A stretch of DNA of 64,000 nt from Macrostomum lignano (GCA_002269645.1 NIVC01000955.1:1-64000); one strand, 5' to 3'. Numbered from the stretch's first letter, positions 20,001 through 34,353 are shown. Notes: a model not told the origin generated them from the letters alone. Numbers and translations are program-made.

Positions 20001-23000
20001 GGATACCCTGTCTGAATAATTCCCTCCGGATGAATTCCCCTGCCTGAAAAATTCCATCATCCAGATGAATTCCCCTATCTGAATAATTCTTTAATCCAGG
20101 ATACCCTGTCTGAATAATTCCCTCCAGAAGAATTCCCCTGTCTGAATAATTCCTTAATCCAGAATTCCCCCATCTGAATTAATTCCCTCATTCAGAAGAA
20201 TTCCCCTATCTGAATAATTCCTTAATTCAGAAGAATTCCCCCATTTGAATTAATTCTCTCATCCAGAAGAATTCCCCTATCCGAATAATTCTCTCATCCA
20301 GAAGAATTCCCTGTCTGAATAATTCCCTCCGGATGAATTCCCCTGCCTGAAAAATTTCCTCATCCAGAAGAATTCCCCGGTCTGAAAAATTTCCTAATCC
20401 AGAAGAATTCCCCGGGCTGAAAAATTCCCTTATCCAGAAGAATTCCCTTGCCTCAAAAATTCCCTTATCCAGAAGAATTCCCCGGCCTGCAAAATTCTCT
20501 CATCCAGAAGAATTCCCCGGGCTGAAAAATTCCCTTATCCAGAAGAATTCCCCTGCCTCAAAAATTCCCTCATCCAGAAGAATTCCCCGGCCTGAAAAAT
20601 TCCCTCATCCAGATAAATTCCCCTGCCTGAATAATTATCTAATCTTCAAAAATCAATCAATATAACTCTTACCCTGTCCTCGCTGGCCCGCCGCCCGGCG
20701 CTGCCGCAGCCTTTTACTGCCTCAGCATAGAAATCCACAGACTGGTCATCGAATTTAATCAGAAACTCGTGCTGCGAGGTGGCGAAATCGAATATTCGCC
20801 GGGCAGTCTGGGCCGAGTCGGCGAACCAACAGCGCGAAGCGATCCGGTCGCCTTTGCCGAAACTCCAACGGCTCAGGGGGGCTCTGCAGGGGCGGATTAA
20901 GGGGCGATCGATGCACGGCGATTGAAAGGCCGGCCTGTAGTGCCCTTGATGAGGGGACACTACCTCAGCTACTACTAGTACAGGGCCCTGGATGAGGGGA
21001 CACTACCTCAGCTACTACTAGTACAGGGCCCTGGATGAGGGGACACTACCCCAGCTACTACTAGTACAGGGCCCTGGATGAGGGGACACTACCTCAGCTA
21101 CTACTAGTACAGGGCCCTGGATGAGGGGACACTACCCCAAGTACTACTAGTACAGGGCCCTGGATGAGGGGACACTACCTCAGCTACTACTAGTACAGGG
21201 CCCTGGATGAGGGGACACTACCTCAGCTACTACTAGTACAGGGCCCTGGATGAGGGGACACTACCCCAAGTACTACTAGTACAGGGCCCTGGATGAGGGG
21301 ACACTACCTCAGCTACTACTAGTACAGGGCCCTGGATGAGGGGACACTACCCCAGCTACTACTAGTACAGGGCCCTGGATGAGGGGACACTACCCCAGCT
21401 ACTACTAGTACAGGGCCCTGGATGAGGGGACACTACCCCAGCTACTACTAGTACAGGGCCCTGGATGAGGGGACACTACCCCAGCTACTACTAGTACAGG
21501 GCCCTGGATGAGGGGACACTACCCCAGCTACTACTAGTACAGGGCCCTGGATGAGGGGACACTACCCCAGCTACTACTAGTACAGGGCCCTGGATGAGGG
21601 GACACAACCCTACTACTAGTTACTAGACATAACTACTAGACACTACCCTGCTACTAGTTCAGGGCCCTGGATGAGGGGACACAACCCTACTACTAGTTAC
21701 TAGACATAACTACTAGACACTACCCTGCTACTAGTTCAGGGCCCTGGATGAATTCTTAAAAGCCACTAAATAAGATTTTTCTACAAGCAAGCGCTTAAAG
21801 AAAGCCAATATTGAAGAGTCTATTATTACGACTCTGTGCGCATAAACTATCCCAATTTTCTACTTAAAAGTAGTAAAATTGACATTTAAGCAATGGCTGA
21901 AGTTTGCTAAAAGCATATCATGAATAACGATTAACTAGCAAACGCGGATAGCATAAAATTGTACAGAAGTATAATTTGCAAGTAGCGCACAGTTCAGAAT
22001 AAGTTTTAGCATAATTATTATCATGATCAGCAGTTAATGCGTGCCTCCGAAGTTCTGGGGGGGGGGTCGTGCTAACACACAGTTTTATTGATAGCATTGA
22101 AACAGAGTGAAAGGCGAGAGAGAAAGAGATAGATAGATAGATAGAAAGACAAGGCCGGGGTGTAAAAGCAGCAATTTGCTTGGCTTAACGGCAAAGGTTT
22201 AACAGGCAACCCGGTTATATAGTAGGCTATATCTAAAATGATAGAAAATGGAAGCTACAGAATAAAAGCCAAGAAGAAGCTACTAAAAGCAAAAGCAAGA
22301 TGCTACAGAGATAGTCTAGAATCCGAAGCAGGCTTATAGCAAGATATATAAACTAAGAACAGTTTGGTCATATGGTGTCAACCTCTGCAGTTCACTAGCA
22401 GTGTTGCTGCTCGGGGGAGGAAGGCAGGGGTGCAGGCACTGATGGTAATCAACAGGAAAGCCAGAGTACAAAGCCCGTGCTGTTAAAATTTCTTCAAGTC
22501 AAAAAAGCAATTAACTAGCATGGCTTAAGCCTTAGTAGAACAGTCTTAATAACTTTTGGCTTGAAAATAATTTCAATTAATCCACTCTTAGAAAGTCTGA
22601 TTGACTCCCCTGAGCAGGCACACACTCAGACATGAGTGTACAGCGGCCCTAACTTTATTTATCGTTAGGCATGTACACTTCACTGTGCCGTTAATTGCAC
22701 GAGCAGAGCCAAGCCGAGATTCCAATTCAGCCCCAAATTAATGTGACTGCACTTGGAATCGAGCCTGGGCCGCTGGCACACCAGAGCGCCGCGTTAGACC
22801 ACTGGGCTACGGCCCTCCCCATGGGATGGATTATAGAATGAGGATTAAGACTCAGAATTAGATTGGGATTGAGATTAAGATCAATAATGGGATCGTGATT
22901 TGGGATCAATATTTTGGATCAAGAATGGGATCAGGATTTGGGATCAAGATTGGGTATGGAGATGGGATCAGGATTGGGATCAAGAATGGGATCAGGATTG

Positions 23001-25307
23001 GGGATTAAGAATGAGATCGGGATTAGCTACAAGAATGGGATCAGGGTTAGGGATTAAGAATGGGATCAGGATTGGGGATTCAGAATGGGATCGGGATTGG
23101 GCTTGACTTAGCTGCAGGGCTGTCCCGGGGGGATTGGGATTGGGATCAGAATGGGGATGGAGAATGGGATCAAGATGGGTATGGAGAATTGTCCCGATCT
23201 GAATGGATACTGGGGAAACTATTGAAAAGCAACTCACTTTCTATCGCAGCGCACATCGATGGTGAACTTCCTATCCCGGCAGTAGATATTCTCCAGGCTA
23301 CTCCAGGAATAGCAACACCGATAGTGCCGCCTGTCGTTATAATCGTAAACCGACACGCCCCGATGGCTAAAGCCTAGCCACCAGGGTAAGCCGCTCGAAT
23401 CCGTGACGCTGTACTGCGACTGACCGAAATTTGGCAGCCCAGAGGCCAGTCGCAGGTAGGCCCGTATGGCGTCTTCTCGGCTGCGCTGGCCGCTGTTAGA
23501 CAGCTGGAGATAGGCGACCACCGTTTGCTGCTCGCTGTGGATCGGGTGGAGGGGGTGGCGGGCGAGGTTTGGCGTCGCTGGTCCCGTCTGCAGGCCCTGG
23601 TTTGGGTGGGACTGCTGTCCTGTGTGTCTGAACTCTGGCGTGTGTCTGTTTAGTGTCTGTCTGTCTCTCTCTAGTGTCTGCCTGTTTCTATCTAATGTCT
23701 GTCTGTCTCTCTCTAGTTTTTGCCTGTCTCTCTCTAATGTCTGTCTGTCTCTCTCTAGTGTCTGCCTGTCTCTATCTAATGTCTGTCTGTCTCTCTCTAG
23801 TTTCTGCCTGTCTCTAACTATGTCTGTCTGTCTCTCTTTAGTGTCTGCCTGTTTCTATCTAATGTATGTCTGTCTCTCTCTAGTGTCTGCCTGTCTCTAT
23901 CTAATGTCTGTCTGTCTCTCTCTAGTTTCTGTCAGTCTCTATCTAGTGTCTGTCAGTCTCTCTCTCTAGTGTCTGCCGTCTCTCTGTCTAGTGTCTGCCT
24001 GTCTCTATCTAATGTCTGTCTGTCTCTCTCTAGTGTCTGCCTGTCTCTATCTAGTGTCTGCCTGTCTCTATCTAATGTCTGTCAGTCTCTCTCTAGTTTC
24101 TGCCTGCCTCTCTCTAGTGTCTGCCTGTGTCTCTCTAGTGTCTGTCTCTCTCAGCATGTCCGGCAGGGTAAAGTCTGTGCCAGGCCACTCACCAGTACTC
24201 AAGCGACGGGTGCCGCTGCAGCAGGCTGACGGGGAACAGACAGTGCTGCCTCAGATCGGCAATGGCCGTGGTATTGCTATTTAGGCAAAAAATAGAATCG
24301 GATAATTCAATTAAAATCCATGCGCACGAAACTTGGACACAATAATATTATTATTAATAACACAATGAATAAATATTGCTCACTTAACAAAGTCGCCGTG
24401 CTCAGCCAGCAGCACCAGAGCGGCTAGTTGAAACACCTGTGCATCGCTGTCGCACAGCAGATCGTCGTTATAAATTAACTGTCGGCACTGCAGATAGAAC
24501 AGCTCGCTAAGCCGCCTGTCTGACAGCTCGGCCAGGCTTGGCGGGAAATGTTTAACGCGAAATTCTAACACTGGCGCGTCGCTTCGTTTGCAAGCTTCGC
24601 AGTCCAGCACTCGGAGTGGACGGGGCAGCCAGCACAGGTTATTGCTAGCTGTGCTAGATAGGGAAGATTGCTGTTGCTGCTGCTGGAAGCAGAGGCCAAA
24701 GCAGCGCCTGTCTTGCAGCATCAGCTGGGAGCAGACAAGGTCCAGTAGTTCGCTGGCAACCAGCTTGGGCTGTTAGGATTTGATGTTTAAAAAATGGTAA
24801 AATTAAAGTTGAGTGGTTTAATCCTCGATTAAGCTATAGGGAGTTTTAGCCTAGTGGTCAGAGCGTCGGACTCACGACTGGAAGGTCGGGGGTTCGATTT
24901 CCGATCCACTCGGAACAATTTGTGTCCTTGAGCAAGACACTTAACTCTGCATTGCTTCAGTTCACCCAGCTGTAAAATGGGTGCCAGCATTAGCTGGGGT
25001 AATTGAGGTTGTGTGGCGACCACCCAGCACTTGGACTGAACAGCCGTACACAAGCTCGAAATTTTATAGGCTCGAAATTTTACATTGTCAAAAAGTCTTG
25101 TCAGTCACATCATAAGTTCGAATCTCAAAAACTCATATCCCTTTTTACATTTGCAGGCTAACAGGGCTAACAGGTAAGTGACCATAAATGATTGAATGTC
25201 TACAATAAAGCAAAATCCAAGGCGCAACTTACCCTAACAAATATTGACACAGTGCTACCATCAAGCAGCAGTATTGAAACTTTCTTTCCTTCAGAACTAG
25301 AGAACAT
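14017..25307 (-). CDS. FRMD4: Host FERM domain-containing protein 4-like gene (multi-exon; continues past the Polinton). Exons: 25307-25233, 24769-24384, 24276-24193, 23534-23238, 20934-20673, about 15585-15423, about 14390-14017
   Basis: Spliced translation MFSSSEGKKVSILLLDGSTVSIFVR|PKLVASELLDLV...ELFYLQC...GDF|...HPSLEYC|E...DAIRAYL...GLPWWLGFSHRG...LENIYCRDRKFTIDV matches FRMD4A/B as recalled. GT-AG junctions are phase-consistent for the first five exons. The last two exon boundaries are less certain. Confidence 0.85.
15171..15389. repeat. 23-bp minisatellite
   Basis: caggttaataacagggaaattct, about 9 copies. Confidence 0.9.
16357..17510. repeat. 27-bp minisatellite with 297-bp higher-order duplication
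   Basis: Unit ggtcaattgtgtctcaaggcggtaaaa. Identical variant blocks recur 297 bp apart. Confidence 0.92.
18036..18874. repeat. 23-bp minisatellite
   Basis: gattctcatgaccgttaagtggc. Confidence 0.92.
19428..20633. repeat. About 34-35-bp degenerate minisatellite
   Basis: catccagaagaattcccctgtctgaataattccct and variants. Confidence 0.88.
20948..21753. repeat. 43-bp minisatellite
   Basis: ggatgaggggacactaccccagctactactagtacagggccct. Confidence 0.92.
22745..22822 (-). mobile_element. tRNA-derived SINE head fragment
   Basis: On - strand: A-box-like tagcccagtgg and B-box-like ggctcgattcc. No full cloverleaf. Confidence 0.45.
22850..23185. repeat. Degenerate short-period repeat (gggatcaggatt-like)
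   Basis: Recurring tgggatcaagaa and ggattggga units. Confidence 0.75.
23640..24152. repeat. Degenerate TCTG/TCTA-based minisatellite
   Basis: gtgtctgcctgtctctatctaatgtctgtctgtctctctcta variants. Confidence 0.85.
24839..25051 (+). mobile_element. tRNA-headed CORE-type SINE, copy 1 (3'-truncated)
   Basis: A box tagcctagtgg, B box ggttcgatttc. CORE-like tgtgtccttgagcaagacacttaac...ctgtaaaatggg. Homologous copies at 31996 and 63580. Confidence 0.85.
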
Positions 25308-27385
25308 GGCTGTTTAGCAACAATTGTATTTCATAACTAACAAAATTCCAATTTAAGATTAGAAAGCATCATTTAGTTTTTACCAAACAAGCTATTCTGC
25401 TCATGAAAGGGTTTAGTTTTAATTATTTTTATGTCAGTAAAGTTAAAAATTCAAATGATATAATAAACACAATTGCCTTTTGAGAGTATAAAAATGAAAT
25501 AAAAATTAAAAATGATTATGAAATGGATTTGAAAAATGGCCCTAGCTATGTTAAATGAAAAGTTTCAAATTGTTTTTATTCTACATCTATTAAAAAACCT
25601 AGCATCCTTATATTAAAAAGGTAATATACTTAATAGACTAGGGTTAAACCCTACAATCTTGATTTTGGCCTTGGCAGCTTAATCCAGCTAGATCTGTTGT
25701 TACGCAAGGTGCATGGCCAGGTAACACAAGACTTGTTAGAGGACCATTGAATGCAAACTGCTGAGTTAATCAAGGCTGCTTAGAAGTCAGGTGTCAATCA
25801 ACAGATGGCATGCAAGCAGCAACAGGCTTGTGACAAAGTGAATACCATTACCATTGATAATGCCCTAAATTTGCAGGCACAAATGACCAATCAAGCTGTG
25901 GGCCAGCTGCCACAATGCCTGACAATGCTGGCATTGATGCTGGCATGGCCCCCATTGGCAATTTAAACTAGACTGGGTACACTAAACTGGTCAGATAGCT
26001 AAAAGTTATCTGGCGCAGTACATGCCAAAGTATGATATATACTTAGGGAGCCAGCTCAAAGTGCAGATGAAAAGTTTTACTCCTAGACCCAAAGAACTTA
26101 CTGTGCCTTGTTTTTTTTCATGTAACTTTTTCTGCTTAACCTGTCATTCTATGAGGGAACTGCTAGCTTCTGCTTTTTTCTCTATTGCTATTTTACTCCA
26201 ATAATCAGCGCATTTTATGCCCTGATTTCTTTGTGCATTACATGTTTGCTTTCCCTATTTGTGTACCTGTGATTAACTAGTAGCTATGGAAAAAGAGTAT
26301 CAATGTAGCTTGTTGTCTAGCAACCTCTACAACACCTCGTTCAAGTGCAACTTGGCCAATTATGCTACAGATTTTGGTAAAAAGAGTACTGGTCTGCTTA
26401 TCTCGACTATTGCAATGGTGATTATGTCTATCAAGGCAATAATGATTATTTATTAGATGCAACTGTTAATGACAGCATTGCTAGTGACTCTGCCTTATCC
26501 CAGTGTACATGCGGAGCACTGCATCTTAATTTGATTAGCATGCCTAGCAACAAGAAGTATTGAGAAGTATTCTGACTTTGTCAATGGGCCAAATAAAACC
26601 ATGCCATCAGTGTGTGCTAGCCATCTGCTTAACAGGGCACATAACCTGGGGCAAGGTAAATTTTGGGACAATGCTATGCAATCTGTCCTGCTTATATTTC
26701 CCATAAGGTCTTTTGATCATACACTAGTGATGTGCTTACTTTTTGCAGTTAGCAATCCCAATGATTAGTGAGGTTATCAACAACTCATGGTAGCTAATAG
26801 AGCGTGTTGCCTTACAGTTGATGGTTTTGCCAAATATACCAATACTAAGATGGTGTTTGTGGCTTTGTGCTACACAGTAGTGGGTTGACGGCTCTGCCAT
26901 GATGGTCGCAGTTGTTGCATTATGAGTGTACTTAGAAATGGCAACTGGCTGCAACAGTATACTTACTGACTAGGAGGCTGATATCCAGAAATGATGCCTC
27001 AAAGCCTTGAGGACCTTCTAGATAATGATGACTATTACTGCAAGCTAGAGGATGCTCTAATAGTCCACATGTATAAACTGGTCCCCAAGCATGTTTGTGA
27101 TATTAGCTAGGAGCATATGTTGCCACACATTTCCAGCATATAGCATATGAGTACATTTATAATTTTCACTCTTTGTTAATGTCTCATGTTTAACATTTGA
27201 TTTATTTCAACTGGCTTTCACTGTGGGGGCAAAAGTGTACTGTGCCAATAGTAAGCGCATTTTTCACTTAAACAAGCATGGACTATTTGAAGGTTTGCCA
27301 TCTGATGATATGCTAAATAGCTTAATTTGAAGCCATGCTTAGTATTTGTAAGCAGCAAAAGGCAAGCCTAGTAAGTCACATGAGA

Positions 27386-28432
27386 TAGAGGTGTCACAAG
27401 ACTTCGATGATACGAGATTTGAGACAAGATCTTGACATTATTTCTTGTCTCAAGAAATCTGGACTTTTGTAAAAAAAATTGAGATGAGATTCAAGAAAAT
27501 TGAGAAGATTGCTAAAAATGAAATTTTTGATTAAGAAAATATGTGAAAGGGCAAATATTTTCTTCAAAACACCTAAATACTATTGTTGAACCTGTGCTTT
27601 TTGTTTGAATATTTCAGCAAGACAATTTTCAAATTGATAAATTCTATGATAGGTTAGGTTAGTTGAGCAGTTTTATACTAGGTGAACACTTAAAATCTGG
27701 ATGTCTCTAAATGTTTATATTTTGTGGGGTTATAAACAGGATAACCAAACTTTTTAACAGGGAAATATTCAACAAGAAATAGGAATCATCATAGAGTTAA
27801 CAATAAGCCAATTAAAAGCCATTAGTGTGTACCCTGTGAATCTGCGACCTGACCTTGCCTTCTTCGTAATGATTCAGAATGGCGTAGACTGTGGAGTATG
27901 CCAACCTAACCTCAGCAAAGTACTTAGCAATGGCATGGTTGCTCTGTCCAGGGTACTTAGTTTTGTACTATATGACCAGGCGTCTGCACTGTTTTTTGTT
28001 ATGTGACTGCATGGCCTGTTAGGGTTTGAGCTACTAGTTTTGCTGTTGCAGAACTGATAGCTAGTGAGTGTGAGAGCATCTCAGTAAGTTTCTGGCTTCA
28101 TAGCAGCTAGCAGCTGCTGTCTATGGCCTAAACTTGGAAAGTCCAGATTTTAAGTGTTTACCTAGTATCATCATAATAAATGTAAACATTGTTATAAATG
28201 CTAATATACAAACTTGTACTAATACATTTTTGTTATTGTTTTAGTTCCACAACAAGGTGATTTGGCAGCAGACTCAAAGGATCTGCTGATCCTATGGTAT
28301 ATTTGTTGTAATGAGATATATTATATTTTTTCAAATTTATTTTTAATCTTGTCTTGTCTCAAAATTTCTTAACTTCAGACTTTCTCATCTCGAATCTTAT
28401 CTTGGTCCAAATCTCAATTTCTAACAGCTCTA
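27386..28432. mobile_element. Non-autonomous hAT-type DNA transposon
   Basis: Ends TAGAGGTGT...ACAGCTCTA. Exact 8-bp TSD ACATGAGA (27378-27385, 28433-28440). Internal inverted repeats such as actaggtgaacacttaaaatctgga/tccagattttaagtgtttacctagt. Confidence 0.85.
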
Positions 28433-31400
28433 ACATGAGATACTTGTCTTGATTTCTTACTATATACTAATTTGCTAGCCATGGTTTTATATATTATAAT
28501 AGTAAAAAACAGACATACACTAACAGAGTTTTCTTTTTTATAGGTAAAGATATGAAACATAATTAGGCCCTAATTAATCAGTTCATATTACCACATTATT
28601 AAAAAGGCTTATCTAACTATATTAAATCTCTAAAGTTTGATAAATTAGTAAAATCTTTAAAACTTATTAGAATTTTAAAAAGAATTATAATTAGTATTTA
28701 TACATGCTAGAATAAAAATCAACTGTTTAAAAAATTATATACCAATACTAAGATTCTTATGCCTATGTCATGGCTAATAAGATATTATTAAAAATATTAT
28801 ATTTATTTGAACTGCCAACCCAAGTTTATGACAAAAATTTCTATTATTTTTTGTGATTGATTGATAGTATAATATAACTATAATATAATATAAGTTATGG
28901 CTATGAGTTACTGAGTATATAAGCATAATAACAGATGGTATATTAACCTTGTTAGTAAATTAATTTTTACCAACTTTATATCACTCAAATGATTGTTAGT
29001 ATCCTAGGGCCTAGCCAAAGTTCTACTTTTTTAGTATTTGCCAAATTTAACAAAGTTAATGCATATAAAACACTAAAAGTTTAGGCTGCTTTGTCTTAGG
29101 CCTAGTTTTAGACATATTTACCAAACTAAACAAACAAATCTCAATATAGTAGATCTTCAGTGAACCGATTATTACTAACTAGGCCCGAGGCCTAGCCTAG
29201 ATGGTAGATTAAACTGCTAAATTAAAATGTTATATTTTTTTGCATTTTGTCTAATCCAAATCTTAAACCATTCGATGGCTACTATAGCTCTAGTACGTGA
29301 TTATCAAGTTTTTTTCTTAACGATGCAACACTTAAATAAGTCTACAGGAACTGATAGTGAGCTCAGTAGGCTAAAAGACCTACAACCGAAACGCGAAACC
29401 TACGTCCTAGGAAAGACAAGTAGGCCTAGATAATAATTACTTGAAATAACATTTTTAGTAATTTAGTCTATAGCCATAAGTTTTTAACAAAGTCTATGTT
29501 ATGCATTCATTTAATAACGCGATATAAATTTACCACATATAAATTCAAGATTCGAAGAAAGGGACAACACAACACGATAAAGGCCCACGTGCCTAATTAG
29601 TTTCTAGAGGCCATTGAATTTGAAAGTATGCAATTTTTACACAATGAAGTTAACAAATTCATTTTTGCACTTTGCAACAAATACATAAATGTATCACGCT
29701 ATAAAATTATACAGCTATCTGTCAAAATTAGCACAATTACAGTAAAAAATGTTTGAATGCAACTTCTTGCATGCCGCTTAAATACCTCATGCCTCATGCA
29801 AACGATCCTGTCAATTTACAAATTTCAGTTCTTGTCTTGAAAATTTACACCCCTAAGAATTTTTAATTGAAAATGGTTTAGGAACTCTTTGAAAAACGCG
29901 ATATAATTTGAATCCAATCGGTTCGGTAGCTCTTAGTTACGTTTTAGCTAAAAGCTAGCCTACATGTAGGTCATGACGTCGTCATTGACGTGAGATGTGT
30001 TATTTTTCTCATCTGACTTACATGCATAACAAGACAAAATTTTTTTTCTGATTGTGGAAAGAATCAATACTATCATAATTTTACTACTTCCACTATAGAA
30101 TACAGTTGTGTGTACCAATATAATAATATGCATTTAGTTAGCTTGGATTCAAAGGGTTGAAAGGGTCCCAACCCAGAACCCCGTGCAGCACGCGATTCTA
30201 GCTACGTTCCTAAACAACGTCTTCCAAAAATGCTGGTTTACATTACTGGTAGTAGCTCCACAGGGTCAAAGATTTTTCAAGTCAAATTAGTTGGTTCACA
30301 CCCATTTTTAAAACCGATTGAGGACTTAGACCCGCAACATGTACCATGCAGCTACAAGCTATGTCTACCGTCCTTAAGGTTTTGTGGCTCTTAAAAAAGG
30401 AGTGACTATTTTCTATGTCCACGTTTCAAGTAACGAATTACAGTAGTGTAATAAATATAGATTACTGCATTAATACAAGGGCTACTGTTGCCTTGCATTT
30501 ATTTTAATATGCAATACAAGCGATCATTGATAAAATTAGACTACTTATTTTTCGCCTACATCGAAACTGTGCCTATATTTGCATGGCCAGCGAGGAAATT
30601 CTTATCAGTAAAAACAAGCACACTACACGAATAATAAATACCGTTTATTCTCAAATCGAGAGAACGTGCTCTATTTGACCATACCGAATAGCAAACAGAA
30701 AATAAAAATCACAGAAGTCAAAATTAATGTCAAAATTATTATGGTCATAATGACCGAAAGCAAGACATCGTATCAAAGCAATACTTGAATATTTTATTGA
30801 CACATCTAGAGACAGTGAAAGGCGCAAACAATACTAACTGGACGCATATTTAAGAGCCTATAGTTTTGCAGTTTTTTACTGAATGTAGCGGATGTAAAGC
30901 AACTTGTGGCTAATACAGTCCGGAAACTTCTGCAACAGCCCTCGTAGTTTTCTTAATATCATTATTGTTCTTGCGAGCTAATTGTAACAATAAATAAAAA
31001 TGCCGCATACATACTTTAAACAAATTTGACTGAATAAAAAAATTACATTTCTAAGGTTGGTAATTGCATAAAAAATTAAAGCATTACTGTTTATATAAAA
31101 CAGTTAATAGTACTTAATAGTTGACAATTAATCAATATCACACAAGATAATTAGACGGGCAGATAACAGGTAGGTTCAATTTAATAAATATCTGTATTAT
31201 TATTGACAATTATTTATTGGCACAAAAACGGCCAGTCAGTTACTGGATAATCGTTGAGCATAACAGCAAGACAACAATTTCGAATGTTCATATATTGCAG
31301 TAAAACAGCTGTTACTGGCCATAGCAAAACAACATTTCTAAAGCGTTAAATCACGCACACATCGCGTGACAGCGACCTTTGGGAATCCCCGGGTCAAACC

Positions 31401-31768
31401 TTCGTTACTACTGGCAACGCGCGTACGCAATAAATCACGTGACTACTGCCTAAAACAGTGTGTGCATCTGCGAGCTATGTACAGGTTGCAAAGTCCTTTC
31501 TACTCCAGTCCAGAGGTGGCACCCAATCACAGCAAGGGTTGTGGGCGCTGCGGCAAATCAACCAATGTCATGTCCATTCCGATTAACAGTAAACACTGAG
31601 CACACACGCGCTCCCACGGGTTCTCTATCTGATCGTCAGGCAGATAGAGACACTCTCCTACACACTCCTGTCTTTGGGGGTTGGCCCTTATAGTCAAAAA
31701 ATTATTTAACGCTTGCTTGCTACTTGCTACTCAAGTAGCACTGGAAACTACATTTCTAAGAAATTTTT

Positions 31769-32464
31769 TAGGAGGCAGGTTTTACAGAAAAAAACCTTCG
31801 GAGATAGGAAGTCTTACTTAATTTTTTTCAGCACAAAAATTGTTATTGCTTTTGATAGGAGGCAGACGCAATGTTCATCTTTTGATATATCTTGCCTTTT
31901 TTATAGCTCTTTTAATAGTTGTAGACTCGTAGAGCTTTTCGTTCAGAAAAATAGAATTCAAAGTGATTTTTGTATCCTTTTGCTGTTTTATTCTGTTCGG
32001 GGGTTCGATTCTCGATTCATGCACTCGGAACAATTTGTGTCCTTGAGCAAGACACTTAACTCTGCATTGCTTCAGTTCACCCAGCTGTAAAATGGGTGCC
32101 AGCATTAGCTGGGGTAATTGAGGGTGTGTGGCGACCCCCCCCCCCAGCACTTGGATTGAACAGCCGTACGCAGCCTTCAGATGCAGCGCGCAATAGCTGC
32201 GGCTGAGCTGTCGGTTGCACATCTGCCCATTCGGGCATGTGTAATAAATTATTAATATTGCTGATTTATTTATTCTGCTACAAATTTTGTTCCAGTCAGC
32301 TAAGAAGGATATAAATATATCGCTGGGGACATGTAGGTAGGATATATAAATTAACATAGAATACTAAGAAAGGCAAGACATACCAAAATACGAACACTGG
32401 GTCTGCCTCTTATCAAATGTAATAACAATTTTAGCTGTATTTTTTCGGCTTAACCTGCCTCCTA
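31769..32464. mobile_element. Foldback/MITE-like element with long imperfect inverted arms, containing a SINE
   Basis: taggaggcaggtt...aacctgcctccta, plus inverted segments ttgataggaggcagacgcaatgttc...tcttgcctt / aaggcaagac...ctgggtctgcctcttatcaa. Confidence 0.6.
31996..32255 (+). mobile_element. CORE-type SINE, copy 2 (5'-truncated)
   Basis: Near-identical to the copies at 24839 and 63580. Confidence 0.85.
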
Positions 32465-32551
32465 AATTCTATTTTTTGACCAAAGCGAGCCCTTTATTAT
32501 GCTGAAACGCCGTTGTAGCAGCTCAGCTCTTAACAGTGGCCGTAGCTACAG

Positions 32552-33390
32552 TTAATTCCTGCCCAGCATCTCCCACACGATGCGTCGCCATTCCTCAACG
32601 CTGAACTCGCATTTCTCGAGCTCGTCAACAAACAAATGCCCATCCGGCTCGTCCTCCGGATCGTGATAGCGCGCCAAATACGGATGCTGCAGAGCCTGCG
32701 CGGCCGTGATCCGCTTAGCCGGGTCGAGGGTCAGCAGCCGCTGCAGCAGGTCCATCGCGTCGGCGTCCATCCCGGCGCAGAGGTCGGTTAGCGGCGTTCT
32801 CTGCACCGTATTGGCCTGGCGCAGCACTGTCAGAAACTCGATCGCATCTCTAGATTGAATCCTGGCTAAGTAATCCTCATCGGGGAAGCCGGTGACGGAC
32901 AGGATGCGGATCATGTGATCCGAGTGGATGCTGCAGGGGAACAGCGGCAGGCCGTTGAACATCTCGGCCATGACGCAGCCAACTGACCAGATGTCGGACT
33001 GTAGTCCGTACTGCTCCCACTCCAGCATCATTTCCGGGGCGCGGTACCACCTGGTAACAACGTAGCCAGTCATCTGATCGTCGCGTTCGCGCGATAGGCC
33101 CAGGTCAAGGATGCGCAGGTCGCAGTCCTCTGTTACAGCCAGATTTCCCGGCTTAATATCTCTGCAAGGCGTCAGAGTTTGGCTGCATTAAAACGCAACG
33201 CTTTACGAAATTGAAATTCACTAAATCCCATCCAAACGACGTGCGCGTGGCGTCAAATACGCTTGTTGCTTGAGTCAACGACCCCAGGGACGTAAGAGAG
33301 CTACGTTATTTATAGTTTCAAAAGCTTTTAAACTGGCAAAATTCATTCGTTTCCACGATTCCACTGCTCTAACCAGGAGCGTCGCCACCG

Positions 33391-33459
<69 letters not shown>

Positions 33460-34300
33460 CCAATGCTTTGTCCCCCACCCCAATTTATGACCTGTTCTGG
33501 AAATTAATAATCTTACTTTAGGGCGCCAAAATGAGTGTCTGTCTGCGGCGCCAAAATGAGTGCCTGTCTGCGGCGCCAAAATGAGTGCCTGTCTGCGGCG
33601 CCAAAATAAGCTAAACAACACCGATTCTCAAAATAATGTACATGCGGAAATTTAGTCAGGTACATGTAGATTTCTTGGCTTCGCCCCCCCCATAAAATCC
33701 ATGGCGACGCCCCTGGCTCTAACCTACCCCCCATTAATTACAATAAATCAATTAAGGACTCTAATAATCTTTTTAAGTCTCAGTTAGTGGCCTATGTTAC
33801 TGGATACGGGAACGAGATATAGGAAATATTCTGCCTCAATATCCATAACCTCCCGTAACCGCAATCCATAGCTACGGTTGAACTAGAAATTTAACAAACC
33901 GGAAGTTCCGAGTTTCGAGCGCTGCAGATAACATAGCTCGTAGTTAAAATAGGACAGTAAGAAACTCAAAAATAGGTTCGGCTCTCACACCTGTGAATAA
34001 TGTTGGCGCTATGCAGATACTTGAGTCCGCGCAGTATCTGATAAACCAGAAAGCGAATGTGATCTGGGCTGAGGTGGCTGCGCAGACAGCCATTGGTGAG
34101 ATTGAGGCCCAGGTAAGGCGTGACAAGGTAGACATCGGTGAACTCAGACAGACTGCGATTCGGCGTGAACGCGTCAATCAGAGTCACGACCTGCAGGATG
34201 TTGTTGGAAAAAAAAAATACTCATGAATTATTACTGCTTTATTGTACCAATCTATCTATCTATCTATCTATCTGTCTATCTATCTATCTGTCTATCAAAG

Positions 34301-34353
<53 letters not shown>

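Noticed and set aside
20948-21753. CRISPR-like array (also considered for the 68-bp and 38-bp arrays)
   Set aside because: Head-to-tail repeats without unique spacers, no cas genes, and eukaryotic intronic context.
24839-24910. Functional tRNA gene (also 63580, 22745 and about 40440)
   Set aside because: A and B boxes are present, but the acceptor stem is not closed and the sequence continues into a CORE-SINE body or degenerate flank.
25152-25180. Plus-strand microexon-like ttgcag|gctaacagggctaacag|gtaagt
   Set aside because: A 17-nt segment with no partner exons identified, antisense to FRMD4 intron 1. Cannot be supported without transcripts.
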